From: Octopus bimaculoides
Taxonomy: Eukaryota
Direction of reading: 5' to 3'
Length of the DNA stretch: 51,941 nucleotides
Assembly (NCBI RefSeq): GCF_001194135.2
Contig: NC_068989.1
Location: 45,218,665 to 45,270,605 of the forward strand
Shown here: piece by piece, positions 49,903 to 51,941 of the stretch
Layout: each line of letters begins with the position of its first letter
Numbering within the stretch: position 1 is the first letter of the stretch
Program-made: the position numbers and the translations under genes
Notes under the pieces: generated by a model
What the model was told of the DNA's origin: nothing
The model's database searches: none
What the model saw: the letters and a program-made list of their open reading frames with translations, nothing else

Positions 49903-51941
49903 GTGTGTAAAACAACTTTCGATAGGAACATGCTGAAAATAGGCAGTATAAATGTACGTGGCTTGGGGTCGCCTTGGAAACAAGGCCACCTGTTAAACGT
50001 GATCAAGTCACAAAATCTGCATATCATAGCCATCAGTGAGACCAGACTCCACAGCCCACGGCACTCCAGCACATGTTCGGCGGACATTTCGACATTTATT
50101 TTTCTCCATGTCTGCCGCGGTGATTCTTCGGAAGAATCTGGACCTCAAAGTAAGAGCAATTTTCCTAGACCCGGAGGGTAGGCTGGTCATCTTGGATGTC
50201 GATGACAACAATGGCTGTGCTTTTCGACTGATAACAGTTTATGCACCCTCCTTAACAGGCGGGCCAGATTTCTTTCGACGTCTAGAGATTTTCCTGGGAA
50301 CGTCTCGACCTTTACTTTTAGTGGGGGATTGGGACGCTACCCTGGACACGCATCTAGACTACGTGGGCAGAGATAGTAATAAGAGGGGATGCAGATGCCT
50401 CAAATACCTGCTCAGACGTTTCCAACTGTCTGACAGGTATCAACTGGACCACCCGAATGTGCCAATGTGGACATTGAGCAATCGCATCGGGTCGTCCAGA
50501 TCGTACTTAGATAGAATATTCTGTAGGATAGTGGATAAGGATAGTGTAGGTTGTCCACAATTCCACATAGTCAGCTACAAAGACCACAAATTTGTAACTT
50601 GTACACTTGACTTAGATATGACACATAGGCAGGGTCCCAGTTATTGGAAGCTGAACGCGTCGTTCACAGCATGCCAGGCTTACAGGGACTGGATTAGCAC
50701 ATTAGTTAAGAGAGCATTGACGGGTGCCATCATCGACAACAGATGGTGGTATGCCATAAAGAAAGCAATGAAAGCAGAATCGGTAAGGTACAGTAAGGCC
50801 CTAGCATTAAACCGAAATAGAAAAGAGGGAGACCTAGTTAAGAAATTAGAAGAGGCACTTAGAACTGGCCCTCGACTAACACTTCAACGACAAACACGAA
50901 GGATGCGTTGTCAGAGCTAGGATGCGTTCCCTGAGGAACGAAGGAGTTGAAGCCGCCCGAGAGGCCCGAGTGGCGGAGGCGCAAACAGAGCCGCCTTTAG
51001 GTCACTTACAGATGAATAGGGGCGCGAATTTCTCGATCCTGAAAGGATGTGTCAGGCCTTTCAATAACACTTTGCGTGACTGTTTGGGACGACTGGTGGG
51101 TCAGAACGCAGAGTGGATTTTAGAACCTACCTGCGTGGCCTGCCACGACTCTTAGCAAGAGAGGCGGAATGTTGCGAAAGACTCATCACAGCCGCGGACG
51201 TACAGGATACGTTGGCAGGCTGCGCAGCTGTCTACTGCAACTGGCAGCAAAACGGGAGTATCCACGTCTTGTAAAGCGAGGAGCAGTGGCCCTTCTAAAG
51301 AAAGATCCAAACAAGGGGAACGTCATAGATAACTTCAGGCCCATACCGTCCAATAGGTTCTCCATCGCGGGACGCTGGACCGACGGACCGGTTAAATTGC
51401 TCAGAGTCTGGTTTGGTCCAGACCTACAAATGGAGAAGAACTGGGACGAAAGGTAGGCACTCTCATCCAGCAATGGGCCGAGAGGAAGCTATCCCTAAAA
51501 GGTCGGGTGGAGGTGGAGAACGTGTACATCGCACCCGTCATCGAGTACCGTCTGACCGTCGTGCCTTGTTCCGACCCTACCATCACCAAATTGGAACGCA
51601 TACTCATCCGCTTCTTGTGGAAGAGAAGCGTTCCAATGGTTAGGCGATCTATTTGCTGTCAACACCCGCTAAATGGAGGGCTCGACATGCCGTGGTTGAT
51701 GATGCGCAGATATGCGCTGAGACTGCGACATCTCCGGCGCTTCGTAGACGACGGTGTACAGGTGTGGTCACCGTTTGTGTGGTACGCTTTCCCGCAGCTT
51801 ATCTCTTTGGCCGAACAGCAGTCGTGGATCAAACAGAGACCGAGGCTAGGCGAATGGCGCCGCGAGTGTCACGTTGCTCTCAAGCAACTCTGCCGTTCGG
51901 GTCCAAATTTGTGCCACTTCATTACAACAAAGGCGTTCTGT
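49903..51941 (+). mobile_element. 5'-truncated L1/Tx1-clade-like LINE: ORF2 APE endonuclease plus deleted RT, pseudogenised, continues off the right edge
   Basis: ATG at 49930: MLKIGSINVRGL...IIAISETR; then VYAPS, LLLVGDWDA, SYLDRIF, YKDHKFV, GPSYWKLNAS (APE/L1-type motifs); then KGNVIDNFRPI and GPVKLLRVWFGPDL. Frameshifts and deletions throughout. The Tx1 assignment is from motif style only. Confidence 0.85.

Overview
AT-rich, gap-ridden animal genomic DNA (18 N-runs). The SINE families and repeat mix look like an octopus draft assembly; this is an inference from repeat content, not a database result. I found no supportable host protein-coding gene, tRNA/rRNA gene or CRISPR array. Nearly all listed ORFs are microsatellite or N-gap read-throughs. 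The window is a transposable-element graveyard. It contains: a young 5'-truncated R4/Dong-clade LINE (257 open codons on the - strand, 772 to 1, absent from the ORF track) abutting a (TAA)n tract; an older Dong-like remnant; two tandem 3' fragments of a second R4-clade family bracketed by (CATA)n-like DNA; a decayed L1/Tx1-type LINE at the right end lacking its RT core; CR1-group and RTE remnants; two mariner transposase fragments; a palindromic mariner derivative present twice; several long-TIR/foldback MITEs; and at least four tRNA-derived SINE families, several with clear TSDs. The best candidate for an undescribed system is a microsatellite 'landing-pad' relationship among elements. SINEs and LINE tails carry or seed simple repeats, three different non-LTR families have junctions in three different simple repeats, and SINE modules are swapped at an internal microsatellite hinge. 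This is a hypothesis from few junctions and needs genome-wide testing.
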